Positions 46,674-63,022 of a stretch of 64,000 bases of DNA are shown piece after piece (the first letter of the stretch is position 1; each line of letters begins with the position of its first letter). The DNA is from the human T2T-CHM13v2.0 reference genome, Homo sapiens. The notes beneath the pieces are model-generated. The model did no database searches and was not told the DNA's origin. It saw only the letters and a program-made list of their open reading frames with translations. The DNA is taken from NCBI RefSeq assembly GCF_009914755.1, contig NC_060926.1; one strand, written 5' to 3'. Made by a program: the position numbers and the translations under genes.

Positions 46674-46981
46674 GGCTGTGCATGGTGGCTCACACCTGTA
46701 ATTTCAGCACTTTGGGAGTCTGAGGCAGGTGGATTGTTTGAGGCCAGGAGTTCGAGACCAGCTTAGCCAACATGGCAAAACTCGATCTCTACTAAAATGC
46801 AAAAAAAAAAAAAAAATAGCTGGGGATGGTAGTGCACACCTGTAATCCCACCTACTTGGGAGACTGAGGCATGAGAATCATTTGAATCCAGGAGTCAGAG
46901 GTTGCAGCGAGCTGAGATTGTGCCACTGAACTCCAGCCTGGGCGACAGAATAAGACTGTCTTTAAAAAAAAAAAAAAAAAA
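46674..46981 (+). mobile_element. Alu (S/J)
   Basis: Full dimer with expanded A linker and tail. Confidence 0.93.
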
Positions 46982-47342
46982 GCAGCAATGAAATATGACT
47001 AAGAATACAGAGAATCTGATCTAGTGCTTATACACGCTGGAAGAGAATTAGAATGCAGATTCCCACAGGGACCAAGAATCCCACCAAGCCAGACAGGGTT
47101 GAGGAAAGTAATCTGGACCCACGAAGCTAACCAACTGAGCTAAGAAGTAGCAAAGAACTCTATCAAGATAAAGAATTGGTGCTGGGAAAATTCATCCATT
47201 CATATTTCTTCCTCTATGGGCATTTTACAAAATTATTTTTTAAATACTAATCAATGTAAACACTATAGATGTATATAAATAAAAGACTTCTACTCTTTAA
47301 CTCCAATCCCCCCCTCAGAGGAAACCACTGTGAACAATTTGA

Positions 47343-48376
<1,034 letters not shown>

Positions 48377-48787
48377 CCTCATTCTTTTTAATGGCTTCAT
48401 TGTATTATATTATATGGATAAGCCGTAATTTAGTCATATTTCCATAATGATGGACTTTTAAACCGTTTCCAATTTTCTGTATTATAAACAATGCTGCTGG
48501 TGTTTTTGCATGTTTAATAATTTTATAGAGTACATTCCCACTGGCTAGATTAAAGGATATATTTGACACTGCCAAAAAAACGCCCTCGAAAAATGTACTA
48601 ATATACCTTCCAACCAAAATTGCATAAAGTACCCAATTCCTCATACTCTAGTCAAAGCTGTAATAATCTTCATTTTTGCCAACTAATAGGAGAAGATCAA
48701 CTCATTCTTGTTTTAATGTGAACTCTTTTTTTGGTTTTCTATATTTTAGTGGCAGGGGATATTTCAGTTTAAGAATACTGAAAACTT

Positions 48788-49564
<777 letters not shown>

Positions 49565-49576
49565 TTATATGCATAA

Positions 49577-49928
<352 letters not shown>

Positions 49929-52900
49929 CCACCATTTTTTTTAAAAACAAAATGACTGCTAAATGGAAAGAAACCTAAGAATAACAACATTACACATATA
50001 ACTAATACTTTCAAATGCTTCTAATGTGCCAGACACTATGAAAAGCACTCAAGTATATCTCATTGAGCTCTCACAACTCTAAAGAGAACATTATCCCTAT
50101 TTTACACCAAAATAAACTGGAGCCAGGTAGGTTAAGTAAGTTTCTCAAAGTCACACAGCTAGTAACTAAGTAGAGCCAGGTTTCAACTCAGATCACCAGA
50201 CTCTGGAGTCCCCATTTAGACCAAAGTCAGCTCAACTGAAGTCAAAGAGCTAGCAAGTGGTACAGTCAGGATTCAAACCCAGGTTTGCCTAACTCTAGAG
50301 CACACATATGTAAGGTGTTTAATAGAATTTATATTATCTGTATGAATAATGTTATGATAGTGTTGGGAAGAACTTATTCTTACCCAAACATTTTTTTTTG
50401 GTTCTGGTTTTGTTTTTTTTTGTTTGTTTGTTTTGTTTTGTCTCAGGTTTAAAAAACAAAATGACATTGCCTTGGTTGAACAAAGTCAGGGTCACCGCAC
50501 TGCATGAATCCAGGAGCATCCTACTTTATGAGAATGGAACTCACTGGAGCTGTGCCATGCACAACCTGCAGGGCCAAACATGGTGGCCCCAGGACCAGGT
50601 ACAGACTGAAGGAAAAAGGGGATTTCTGCCTGCAACTATGCCAAAAGAGCTAAGGGAAACAGTGTGTCCCCTAGTGGTTGAGAACAGTATTGACAGCTGC
50701 AAATGTCTAGCTAGAGAGCTCCAGAACTGACAGAATTAGGGTAGTTGCTGCAGTGAGATCAGCACACATGAAAACTTTAATCGCTGCTCTCTCTACCCAG
50801 GGTGTTCCCTTACAAGAGGGTGCAAGATCTATCAAGGCTACTCTTTGAAGAATCAGAGGTTCCCTAGGAAACAAAGGGGAATAGAGGAGAAGTATCACCC
50901 AAAACTTAAGTCTCAAGAATAAGATGCCTACATAATAAACGAAGAGAACAACTTTTACTACATGACAGAAGGTGGTAGAGAAAGAGGGATATACATAAAT
51001 AGACTCAAGACTAGATAATCAATGCTGGAAACTTCGCAGTAATCTTCCAAAAGGCACCCCCCCACACACACAAAAAAGAAGAAACCACTAGAAAATTAAG
51101 AAAACCTTGAAAATGTTCTCAAGAGGGAAAATGATGCTAAAAGAAACCCAGATGTGGTGAATATAAAATGAATGGAATTTTGGACTCATTCCTACTGTCA
51201 GCCTCTCTTAGAATTGAGGCAAAGGCAATTGCAGACTTGGGAAGAAAGGCTTAACTTGACCAAATTAAAATGGCCTAAAGCCATGAAGAGACCATGGGTA
51301 AAACAGAAACACACATCAGCTGGGGTGGCAGGCAAGAACTCAGATGTATCACAGGAACTCAGGGAAATGAAAAGGACTCACCAAGGTAAACCTGATTATA
51401 GTTGAGTGCTGTCACTGCTTGATTGAGAGGAGGATATTCTGGTTAAACACATCTTCTAGTTTAGTATTTACCATTTGTTCTGTAAGTAGATTACTAATTT
51501 TCAAATAATTAGAAAGTATATTATAAAATAAAAATAACACACCTCATAATCTTCCAGTAACATAGGGTGTTAATCAGAAGTATCAACTGTCACTATAGTC
51601 TAAGGTTTGTGCAGAATCTGGTCTGTTATTGACTTGTCAAAGATATTTCTAAGAAGAAATATCTAGAAAGATGTAGGTGGCACCAGATTTCCACTGGCCA
51701 GACAGGAAAGAGACTTTTTTTAGTTCAAAGAACTTGTACAGTAAGACATGTGGTTAATTATCACAGCAATGGGACAGAAGGGAAACCCTGCCACATCCAT
51801 TTTGACAGCTCACTAGACTGCAAGCTCTATGAGAACAAGGACTTTGCTTTGGTCGCTGCTCTGCCACTGCCTCTAGAACAGTGACTGGCACATAGGAGGT
51901 GTTCACGAAGTATTTAAAGAAGAAATATTAACAAATGCTGTTCCATTTAATATGCCCTTTTCTCATTCTTTCAAAAAAACCTCTTGAAATAAAGAATGAA
52001 TTCTGTTCATTCTGTCTAATACACTGTCTTCCTATCCTCTAATTAGGGAAATCTCATTTATGAAGGTCCAACTCAAATTTCTTCTCTTCCTTAAAGTCTT
52101 CCCTGATCCCTTTCTACTGCCTACAATCCTCCCTCCTTCAAATGGCCAGAATTAAATCTTCCTTATTCATTTTCCCATGGTACGTTACTTGGACCTATAT
52201 TTGCTCTCATTTCGTTCTATACTGTATTTCAATTCAGTATTTACATGTCCAATTCTTCCATGGGGTTATAAGCTCCTTGAAGGCAAGGTTTCAGTTTCAG
52301 TTTTCCTTGAAGATCCATCTTCTAACATAATGCCTTGCAAATAGTAATTACTTAAATGTCTTTTAAGTTTAATAAAATAGAATTATATTCTTGGTGTTTA
52401 ATAAGGCACCAGCATATACTAAGTGCTCACTAAACGTTCATTCCATGAATGAATGGAAAGAAAGGTAATACCAGCAAAACTAAGCTGCCTCAGATCCCAG
52501 GACTAGGAGGCATCATGCCTTGAAGACAGAGAAATGGTCTTTTTCTCTTGGGTCTAAGAAGACCTTGCCTGGCTCCTGCGCCCAATGTCAGGCACCCTGG
52601 CACCAAAACTGTAGAGATAAGTTTGAAGAAGTTCCAGGGAGGGTCACATAATTGACTTGGGGTGGGGGAGGAAAGGATAAAAAAGGAGCGATTAGGGGCT
52701 CAAGTTAGACAGATGGCCTAAGTGACGTCTGAGACTAGACATGATAACCTTCTGCTAACACTGGGAGAGTGTAAACACCCAAGAGGGGAGGAATTGTTTA
52801 GCCTGGTCCAGTGGGCTCAAAGTAGGAGAAAGGATGAGACAAGGGACGGGAGATCAAAGCCCTGTGACAGAAAGCCAAGCAAAAGAGACACTGCTCTCCT

Positions 52901-55900
52901 TGGACTCAGAGAAAACAAGGCCATATACATTTTCACAGATATCTACAAGTGTTATATCCTCATCTTCAGGCATAAAGGAGGCCTACAACAGATGGATTAT
53001 TGAAACCTAATACAAAGAGCCTATGCTTGGAACAGAAAGCCCTTTTACCATTATGCAAAATGTAGCGCCATACTCAATGTTATTAAACAGTGCCCAAAAA
53101 ACCCACAGATTCAGACTGTGCTCATCTTCAAGAGAAGATGAGAAAAGAAAAAGTACAGACAGTCAGCAAAGCAGTGAACTGGAATCCCACAGTTTGGTAA
53201 AATGCATGAAATTTCTAACCTGTGTTCTCATTTGCTGTTTTCCATTTTACTCTAACAAAAACACCTCTCAAACTGGCATTTGCTGAAAAAATATTCATTT
53301 TTTCCTATTTCCCATTCTACTCCAAGTCGGCCTACCTGCCTTCTAGTACACTTGAGTGGGCTTCAATGGTGCCCACAACATTGATAATGAGTGCTGAGAG
53401 AGCGATATAGAAGATATGGTGTCCTGCTTCAACAAGCTTCTAATCTACTTGAAGAGAAAAAAGGTAAGTATGTGAAAACAGCAAGAAAATAACTGCAAAG
53501 AAACATATGATATATGCAAGAGAAAGGAGGATAAATGAGCTATATAACTGCTAATGATCTGTCAAATCAGGGGAAGATAACTGAACTGATCATTCAGGGA
53601 GGGCTTCCCAGCAGAAGTGAAATTTTCTTCCTGAAGAGGAAAAATAGAAATCGATTGATTGAAACCAATTTATGGTTTACAAAAGCTAGAAGGAACCTCA
53701 GGGTGTATCTGATCAAAATTGCTCGTCTGACAGATGAACCCCAGGGAGCATAATAATATGCCCAGGTGACAAATCAAAAAAGTGGAAGAACTGGAATTCA
53801 AATCAAAGTATTCTGATTTCAAAACCCAGGGCAGATGACAGGAACAAATGCAGAGAAGCAAGAAACAGCAATGTCTATCAGGAAGAAGGTAAGCAGACTG
53901 GCATCGTGGGGACAGAGGAACTGTTTCACAGAGTAAGGAGAAATAAGAAGCCCCAGGCTGCTCCCAAATAATCTTAGTTGCTCCATATGGACCCCACTTC
54001 TCTCTCTCTCTTCAGGAACATCCACCATACCTTAAATTAGTGGCATGTGCCCTGCAGGTATTTCCCATACCACATGCCCTGCTCTGGGGCCTAATCTCCC
54101 TCTAAGGGCCACAATTCTCACTCCCAGAGTCCATACTGGTTCTAAGGGCTCTAGAAGCTCCAAGATATACATATGGCAAAACTAACCAAGAAGTTACTCC
54201 ACATACGAACTTCTTGTTCTGCTTACAGCCCCACCCTCCTCCCTTGCCCCACCAACACTAGGAAACCAGATGTACAAATGGTTAACAGAGAAAAAAAAAA
54301 AATCCCACCCAGACCACTTGAAACGCGGCTAGTCTGGCTGGGCTTCGAGTCCGCTCAGCGACTGCGCCATGACTGCTATTTATAGCTTCTGGGTGCCCAG
54401 CCCAGCTTCCAGGTCACTAATTGTGGCCCAGCCCCGAGCCAACCCCCACACCTCCTCCCCTGCCCTGTAACACAGGGAACAAGAAGAAAATCTAGCTTTG
54501 TCCAGCCCAGGAAGAACAGCCAGGAGTGAGATCTGAATCCAAGACCCTGTATTATATGCCTTGTGAACAGTATCAAAACTGTCAGAAGGCTCTGCCCTCC
54601 TTCCACACATCTTGAAGAGCTGAGTGTCCGTCCTTCCACAGCAGCCTCCTTTCCTGAATTCTCTAAGTTCATCCAGAGTTGAATCCTGAGTTCAGTCTAA
54701 TCCATCCAAATGCTAGAGAGTGAAAGATAGGTTTTGGCTATCAAGGACACCAGCCAACAGTTAAGTAAAGAGCCTATGTCTTTGAGCAAGCATCTAAGCA
54801 CCCTTGGATTCATGTGTTTGCCTTTTCCTAGGGTCTATTTGTTAGATTATCTGTCCATTTATTTGTGTTACTACTCTAGTCATCCACAAAAAAGTACCCA
54901 GGCAGGAGGCACGCTCAGAACTAAACTTCTAAAAATTCTTTTCTAGCACTTACCAAATACATTTTAAGTTCCACATATTCTTAGTTTCAGACAGAGGACC
55001 TGAATAAGATAGTTTTATGAGAGTGCTATAAATAATCCCTTCTGATTCCAAGATGCTATTATTTGAGTATTATTCTATAATACTGTTTTCCCCCTAGAGA
55101 TACAGATTACTGAGATGGGCAATGACCCTTTTTTGGCATATGAGGCTTTGTGAAGTTATCCTGGGTGGAAAAAAAAAAAGGTTTTTCTAAGGTATAAGAG
55201 TTAATGGCAAAAAGACTCAGTGAAGCTTACTCTGTTAGTTCTATACCTGTGCTACAGTGGGGAAACCACCATGGGCCACATTCCCCTGTGTATTCTACAT
55301 CTGAACCCTTGTTCCCATCCCAATTAAACTTAACCACTGTCAATGACATCTATATTCAGAACAAAGGATTGGGACTAGAGATGAAAGAAGAGTTAAGAGA
55401 CTTAGAATAAGAGTGAGATATCTCTTTCTTTTTCCAGTGCCCCAGCACCTAAACTATGGTTACCATTCTCAGACAGAACAACAAGCCCCCAACCCTCTAC
55501 ATCCTTGACTGATGCTGCCTAAGACTACACATCTCAATGCCAGTCTTTTCCTTCTCATTTTGGGGTTCATTTGGGCAACTGGATAATATGCCAGGGATTC
55601 TGGTTATTGGAGCCAGAACCAGAATGCTGCTGTGCTATCTCATCATCACTCACAAATACCAATTCCCAGCCCCAAATGGTCCCAAATCTTTCCTCCCAAG
55701 ACCACAAAGGATAAAAAAAAAGTTTCCAAATTAAAAAACTAAAACTGGCAACAAAGGTGCCCCATGGCAGTAACCTTTAAAACTTGCCATTAAAGTTTAT
55801 AAGTCAGACGGGCACCAACGTGAAGGATCAAGAAGAGAAAAACAGCCCCCTCCCTTGGGGACCCAGAGCCACAGCCTTCCCCCTAAAGCCACAGAGCTGA

Positions 55901-56595
55901 TGTCACAAGAAGCACTTGCTGCATCAAGGGCTCTCTGTGTCCCAACTACAACCATTCACAATGCAGGCAGACTCTGCGTGCTGGAGGCGGGCTGGTGTCT
56001 GGCAGAGAATAAAGGAAAGGGGAGGGGCAAGGAGGCGTGGGTTGGGAGTATATATGAGGTAGGCAAAGGTGAGAAAGGAGAGAAAAACATCAAATCTCCT
56101 CCTAGCCCTCAGGACTGCCTGCAATTCACAGGCCAGGAGGAAACAGGCCCTGTCAGACTGCCTAAGATAGTGGTTCTCTTTTTCCACCTAACACATAAAA
56201 GGCATACCACAGATTTTCATCAGTAACGACAGTATATTATGCAATAATCCTTAACTATCTTGGGGTGGATAGTTTTTTGATATGTGCATATCAAAAATTT
56301 TTTGGTAAGGGTATGAATAGTTTGAAAAGGCTTCCAAATAATTCTAACCATCTCCCCGATTGGGTATGTACCCCCTATGAAGAATCATGAGCTTAAAGAG
56401 CCTACTTTTCCTTCCCTCCCTTCCTTCCTTCCATGTATTCAACAAATACATTTTGAGAGCTTACATGTGCCAAGCATTGTTCTATTGACACTGGAGAGAC
56501 AGCAATGAACACACAGACAAAAATCCCTGCCCTCATTGAGAATCCATGTCTTCACATGGGGTAAAATCAACGTAATTAAAAAGCAGAATCTAAGG

Positions 56596-56889
56596 GGTGC
56601 CCACTGCACCCTGTAATCCCAGCACTTTGGGATGCCAAGGCAAGAGGACTGCTTGAGCCCAGGAGTTCAAAACCAGCCTGTGTAACATGGAAAAATCCCG
56701 TCTCTACAAAAAATATATATATATAAATTAGCCAGGTGTGGTAGGGTGCACCTGTAGTCCCAACTACTCGGGAGGCTAAGGTGAGAGGATCGCTTGAACC
56801 CCAGGAGGTTGAGGCTGCAGTGAGCTGTGTTTGCACCATTGCACTCCAGTCTGGGCAACAGAGTGAGATGCTGCCAAAAAAAAAAAAAA
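56596..56889 (+). mobile_element. AluJ-like, inserted in an L2 fragment (about 56430-57190)
   Basis: Diverged Alu dimer with a (TA)n linker; flanks resemble a reverse L2 3' end. Confidence 0.85.
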
Positions 56890-57982
56890 GTAGAAATGTG
56901 TGGTATATTGGGTTATGGTAAGTGCTATGGAGAAAAGTACAGCAGAGACAGAGACAGAAAGTGCTGGTGGGGTGGGGGTGGAGGTGGGGCTGAAATTTTA
57001 GATGGGGTGGCCGGGAAGTCCTCAATTAGAAGGTATCACTTGAAAAAAGACCTGAAGGAAGTGAAGGAATGAATCATGCAGATATCTGGGAAGGACCATT
57101 CTTAGCAGAGGGAACGGCAAGTGAGAAGGTCCTGAGGTGGGGCACCGGTCTCAGATGTTCAAGAAACAGGAAGGAGGCGGCCACCGTGGATGGAGTCCAT
57201 ATGCTACTGTTCATCACAGCGCTCCTCCTCCATTTCAGATCCTTTGGCTCTGAGGAGTCTGGGCTGACTGCATGTTGGACTGAACTGTCCAAGCCAGGAA
57301 CATGCTCGCAAGCAGAAAGAACTTAAATAGCTTGGTGAAAAGGGACATGGGTAGATAAGATGAGCTTAGTTTTAAAGTATTTCTCTTTACTGAAACAGCT
57401 CAAAGTTCCTTTAAATAAAACATCACCCATCCTCACAAAATCCTTGTAAGGAACAAAGGTCATATTCCTTAACTAAGGACCAGAGGGGGGAAAATCATTT
57501 TAAAGATGATTTTAGAACTGGAATAGAATTTACTCGTGATACCCAGACCAATGCTCTATTATTCATAAAAGCATAGACTACTAAAAGGTGGAAGCCAGAT
57601 TTATCTCACCCATTCTCCTCATTTACTCAAAAGGCAGCTGACAAAATTAGAACCCAGGTTTCTTGGATAAGGGGTTAACACTCCTTAAAAAGCAAAGTAG
57701 GGGGATGGTACAGCTTTTAAAAGAGGGGACCAGCTCTCAAATCCTGCATTCTAGAAACTCTCCTACAAGGGAAAGATATGGTGATGACATTAGCATTACA
57801 GAATACTAATAAACAGTCTTCTCTGTCCCCTGACCCCTAGAAAAAATCTAGTTATCCCACACGCTTGGCCCACTCCCCTTATCTAGATCCCTTTAGCCCC
57901 AAATGTCTTTCATGAGACAGTGTGGCCAAGCCAGTGGGCTGCAGGTTCTGAAGACCAGAATTAAGTCTACAGTGTGAATACA

Positions 57983-57983
<1 letters not shown>

Positions 57984-58026
<43 letters not shown>
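57984..58026. repeat. (AC)21 microsatellite
   Basis: Perfect dinucleotide run. Confidence 0.98.
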
Positions 58027-58029
<3 letters not shown>

Positions 58030-61000
58030 ATACATACAGTCAGTGGGAAAGAAGGGGAAAGGAAAGCACACACAACACAACACACCAGGGCAGCTGCAGA
58101 AAACAACTGCTTGTTAAGTTAAAATTAAACTCTGTACAAATATTGACCTTTGGAGGGGACAGAAACCGGTCCCATATTTACCAGCTTTATAAATGGGACT
58201 GACCACAGCTGCCCCACGCGCTTGGCCAGCATCATGGCAGGATGGGGCGAGGCCATGCTTTAGGGGTGGGGGGATGAATGAGAGGGGCAGGAGACATTTT
58301 AAACACTCTCTTAAATGTAGTTACTACTGGTAGGTCAAAGTTCCCAAAAGCCTTAAAAGGGGAATTTCTAGGAAAGCAAATAAGGCAGTCTCTGAAAGTG
58401 GGGGTCAGAGAAATAGGAATAGAGTGGAAAAGGAAAGCTTCGGCAAGGAAAAATTGCTAAAAAGAATGAGAAATACAACAGAGATTGTAACTAAATGGTG
58501 AAAGCACTGGGGAGCTTATCCTTTTGAACCCTGGCCCTTGGTCAAAGCAAGAGTCATAAGGTAGAAGACCAGGTGACCAATTTAAGTAACCTAATGGAAC
58601 AATTTAAACTGACCTGGTTTGAGTTTTGGCTCTGTTGCTTACTTGCTATGTTACCTTGGGAAGCTCAAGGACCCCCAGTTTCCTCATCTATAAAATAGGG
58701 ATAATAATACAAAAATATTGTCCTAATTCACAAAGACTAGGACCAACCATAAATATCACGCATATATAAATCATCATTATAATTAATTCCATTCCAGCTA
58801 ACTGTGCCTTTTACACTCCAAACTGGCCAAGAAACTGCAGTCTCTCCAGGAACAAAGTCAAGGGCTAGAAAGGAGAGCTTGACCTTGCCTTGAACTTGTA
58901 AAAGTCTCCTAGGGGCACACACCTAGACCCTTCTCTTGTTGCAGGATAACAGGGAGGCCAACCTGCTGAAACAGGCCCCAAAAGTCATACTCAGGTTGCA
59001 AAAGGTCCAGATATGAAGGAGGAGAAAGGACTCATCAATACTACTTCCCTGAAAGCTGATCTCTAGCAACCTGAAGTTTTTCAGGAACAAACATCACAGA
59101 TGCTGGGCAACTTAGTTCTGTTCCAAACCCCTGAAACTTCGCCCTCTTTTACGCCCTCCTTTACACTCATGACTTTCACAATGAATAAGAGTAAGCAGAA
59201 AAAGACCAGATCCATCTCCATATGATAGGACATGAAACATGCACACACACATACACGCACTGTGCCACCAAGAATCACAATTCTGAAAGTATTTCCAGTA
59301 AAAACACATGAAAAGATTTTGCTGAAATTAGTTGCCCAGATTTATAGAAATCTCTTATGCCTTTATGTGGTATATTGTTTATGCTATACATCTTAAAATC
59401 ATGGGGTAGGCAGGCAACTATCACGGCATATGAAAAAGGCAACGACTAAGTCAAAGTACTTTACCTCCTCAGTGCTAACCAAACATGTGTCACCAGCATC
59501 TCTCGACTCTGCTTCACTTGTTCAATGTTTTACCTTAATATATTACAGTTTATATTGTTAAACGTGTGTCATAAAATATAAACAATGTACAGCAGAACCA
59601 GGTCAGCAATTCAGGAAGAATTTCCAACGCTGCAGTCTCTGTGGTCACAGGGCAAGATGATTTGCATTTGGTGCACCAAATACGTGCTGAAGCACAAACT
59701 CAAAACAAATTGAGGAGGGAGAGATGGACAGGAATAGAAAAGGGGAGGAAAATGGAGAAACTATCCTCCAGGTAGGGACCAGCTTCCTTGAATTCTGATT
59801 CAATATATATATGTATTTTTTGTAATCTGACATTTTTACCATCAAGAACTTATCTTAAAATGTAATCATTATTTATCTCTATAACCTGCTTTCTCTGGCT
59901 TTGTCCTTCTTCAGAGGCTCCAGATAAGTGATAAGCCTCCAAGTTTAGCCACTCAGAGCCTCCAAGGCTTTTGTCCTGACATAGAAAAGAGCCCTTACCT
60001 CAGTCCACTCTCATTTTTCTCCCCCTCCATAAGTCTTCGTGTCACCTTCTATAAACTATAGAGAAGTGGAGTTAGCTGGCCTTACCTGTATGAGCCTAAG
60101 ATCCTTGGCAAACCTATTAAGCTACAGCCAGAACTGCTATCATTTCCAAGGTATTCCATACTTGGAATACCTTTCTAGAAAAGGGAGATTTATCATAATG
60201 ATGACCATCACCCATTTAATACTCCAAAAAAAGTTCGTCCCTCTCATTCTCAGCAACAACGCTCACAGGAGAAGCCCGAAACAGAACTCAGTCTATCACG
60301 CTTCAGGATCCTCTTCCCACAATATTCTCATCCAAACAAAACCAATGCCTTAGACAGGGAAGTTTCTAGGCTAGGAAAGTGGGGCAGGGGCTGAAAACAA
60401 GCATCTTCCAAAGCAAAATATTCTTAGGGAGAAGTTCACGGCTTTGAGCATGTTAAGGAAATCTCTGAAAACACACACACACAAGCCCACAAGGGGACAA
60501 ACAATTGTCATCCAGCAATTAGAAGTGACATGTCCAAGGACACTTTGCTTATGAAGGGGTCTCCTGACTCTCCACCCATAGCTCCATCTGTGAGACCCTG
60601 CTGATTACCTCCCAGACTAAATTCAGGCTGCCTACATTCAACTCGATTCAGCAAAATGCAACCCCACAGAGGATTTCTAGTTGAATATTGTTTGTTTCAG
60701 TGATCTCATAATCTCTCCTAGCCAAACTTGTATATCAATCTCAGAGAAGTCCCTAAGCAGATCATGTGCCTGGACTGATTCCTTTTAGAATGTCTTGGCC
60801 TAAGCAAGCAAAATGTCATTCTCAGGGGCTTCCAGACAGAAGGGCACTCCAACATTGAAGATGACAGCAGCATAAGTACTCCATAGGCCTACAAGAGGTA
60901 ATGCTTACACAGGCCTAAGAAATAGAAAATGGAAGCCAAGATCCCAGGAAAATGCTCTGATGCAGCCCAACAAGAAGGATGAGAAGGGGACTCTTACACA

Positions 61001-61516
61001 GAAACTGGGTAAGGCTGGGAGCAGACTGCAAGCACGAAGTGACCCACAGACCTGGAGACCAGTGCCCATCTAATTCTGTATCTGGGGCCCAGACATGGCA
61101 GAGGTTTCTGATTTTATAAGAACTATATCTGTAATCCAGAAACAACTAAATTTCAAGCATGCTAGGAAGCATCCCTCTACTGTAGTCTCTGAAGTCCCTA
61201 GAGAGGCAAATAAGGAAACATTGCTACCGGGTACCAGTGAGTGCTGCCGACTTACCAGGCCTAAGAAATGTCTGAACAGAGTCTTATTCAAGCCAAGGGA
61301 AAACGCTGTTAAAACACACAAAACTCCTTTGACTAATGTGAGAGGGGGAAAGAGCCTCTATAATTAACAGAAACTGTCACAGGCATTGGGGGCCTCCGAC
61401 GTGTTCAATGCTAACCACTTGAAAAGACCCGGTCTTCTAGGAGGTTGGGGTTTGTGAGTGGGGCTCCAACAGACTGGGGACAGCTTTTCCAAAAGAATCC
61501 CACCGTATTTTAAAAA

Positions 61517-61552
61517 GAAGAAGAAGAAGAAGAAGAAGAAGAAGAAGAAGAA
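61517..61552. repeat. (GAA)12 microsatellite
   Basis: Perfect trinucleotide run preceded by A5. Confidence 0.98.
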
Positions 61553-62206
61553 AGGGGGCAGGGGGAGGAAAAACCCAAACCTCAGCTTAATGTTTTTCCA
61601 CCAGTGGAACTAAAAAGCAAAAAAGAAGAAGAAAAGTCCAAATGTAACCAGTTTTCAATTAGGGCCTAATTAGAAAGAAAAGTGGCCATGCTATTACAGA
61701 TCTAGGAAGGAAGAAATGCAGTCAATGACTTTAGTTTGGGCTGAGCCATCCACTTGAAAGCTATGATGATTAGAGGGATAATTTATGGTGAGAGACGGTA
61801 GAGGGGAAGGGAGGAACAGAAGAAGAGAGCCTGGGGGGCTGACTGATCATGCAAGTCAAGAGCCTGAGCAAATAGTCAAAAATATGTATCGATCAGCCAC
61901 AATCTGCAAAGCATTACACAAAGGGCTAGAAGGAGAAACAAAGATCACAACAGATATAACTCTGACCTAAAGAGGCTTATAAACACTGTCCCTGCAATAA
62001 GCACCCACCTCTTAACACTCAGCCACTGTATACACATGCACAAGTCTTCAGAGAAAATTCAACCTCAACTTCTTTTCATACACAAAGTCCACTCCGACAA
62101 CTCATGTGGGCTGTCTCCGCATTTTTCCCAGCTCCCTACTCGTTTGCAATTATGACATACAGAGACCCCATAAGAAAAAGATGTTATCACATCAAATATA
62201 ATTCCT

Positions 62207-62599
<393 letters not shown>

Positions 62600-62725
62600 T
62601 CAAAACGGAGAATCTGAGAACAGCTGAAAGAGCATTTCTTGATTTCTTTTTTCTTTTTTTAATTAAAAATAAAAGAGATCCAAGTAAGGTTTACACATTG
62701 CAATTGGTGGATATAACTCCTGGGA

Positions 62726-63022
62726 TTTTTTTTTTCTTTTTGAAACAGGGTCTCACTTTGTAGCCCAGGCTGGAGTGCAGTGACGTGAACACAGCTCACA
62801 GCAGCCTTGACCTCCCAGGCTCAAGCAATCCTTCCACCTCAGCCTCCTCAGTAGCTGGGACTACAGACATGCACCACCACACCTGGCTAATTTTTGTCTT
62901 TTTTTGTAGAGATGGGGTTTCGCCATGTTGCCCAGGCTGTCTCGAACTACTGGGCTCAAGCGATCAACCTGCCTTGGCCTCCCAAAGTACTGGGATTACA
63001 GGTGTAAGCTACCATACCCAGC
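62726..63022 (-). mobile_element. AluJ-like
   Basis: Poly-T followed by a diverged reverse Alu. Confidence 0.9.
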
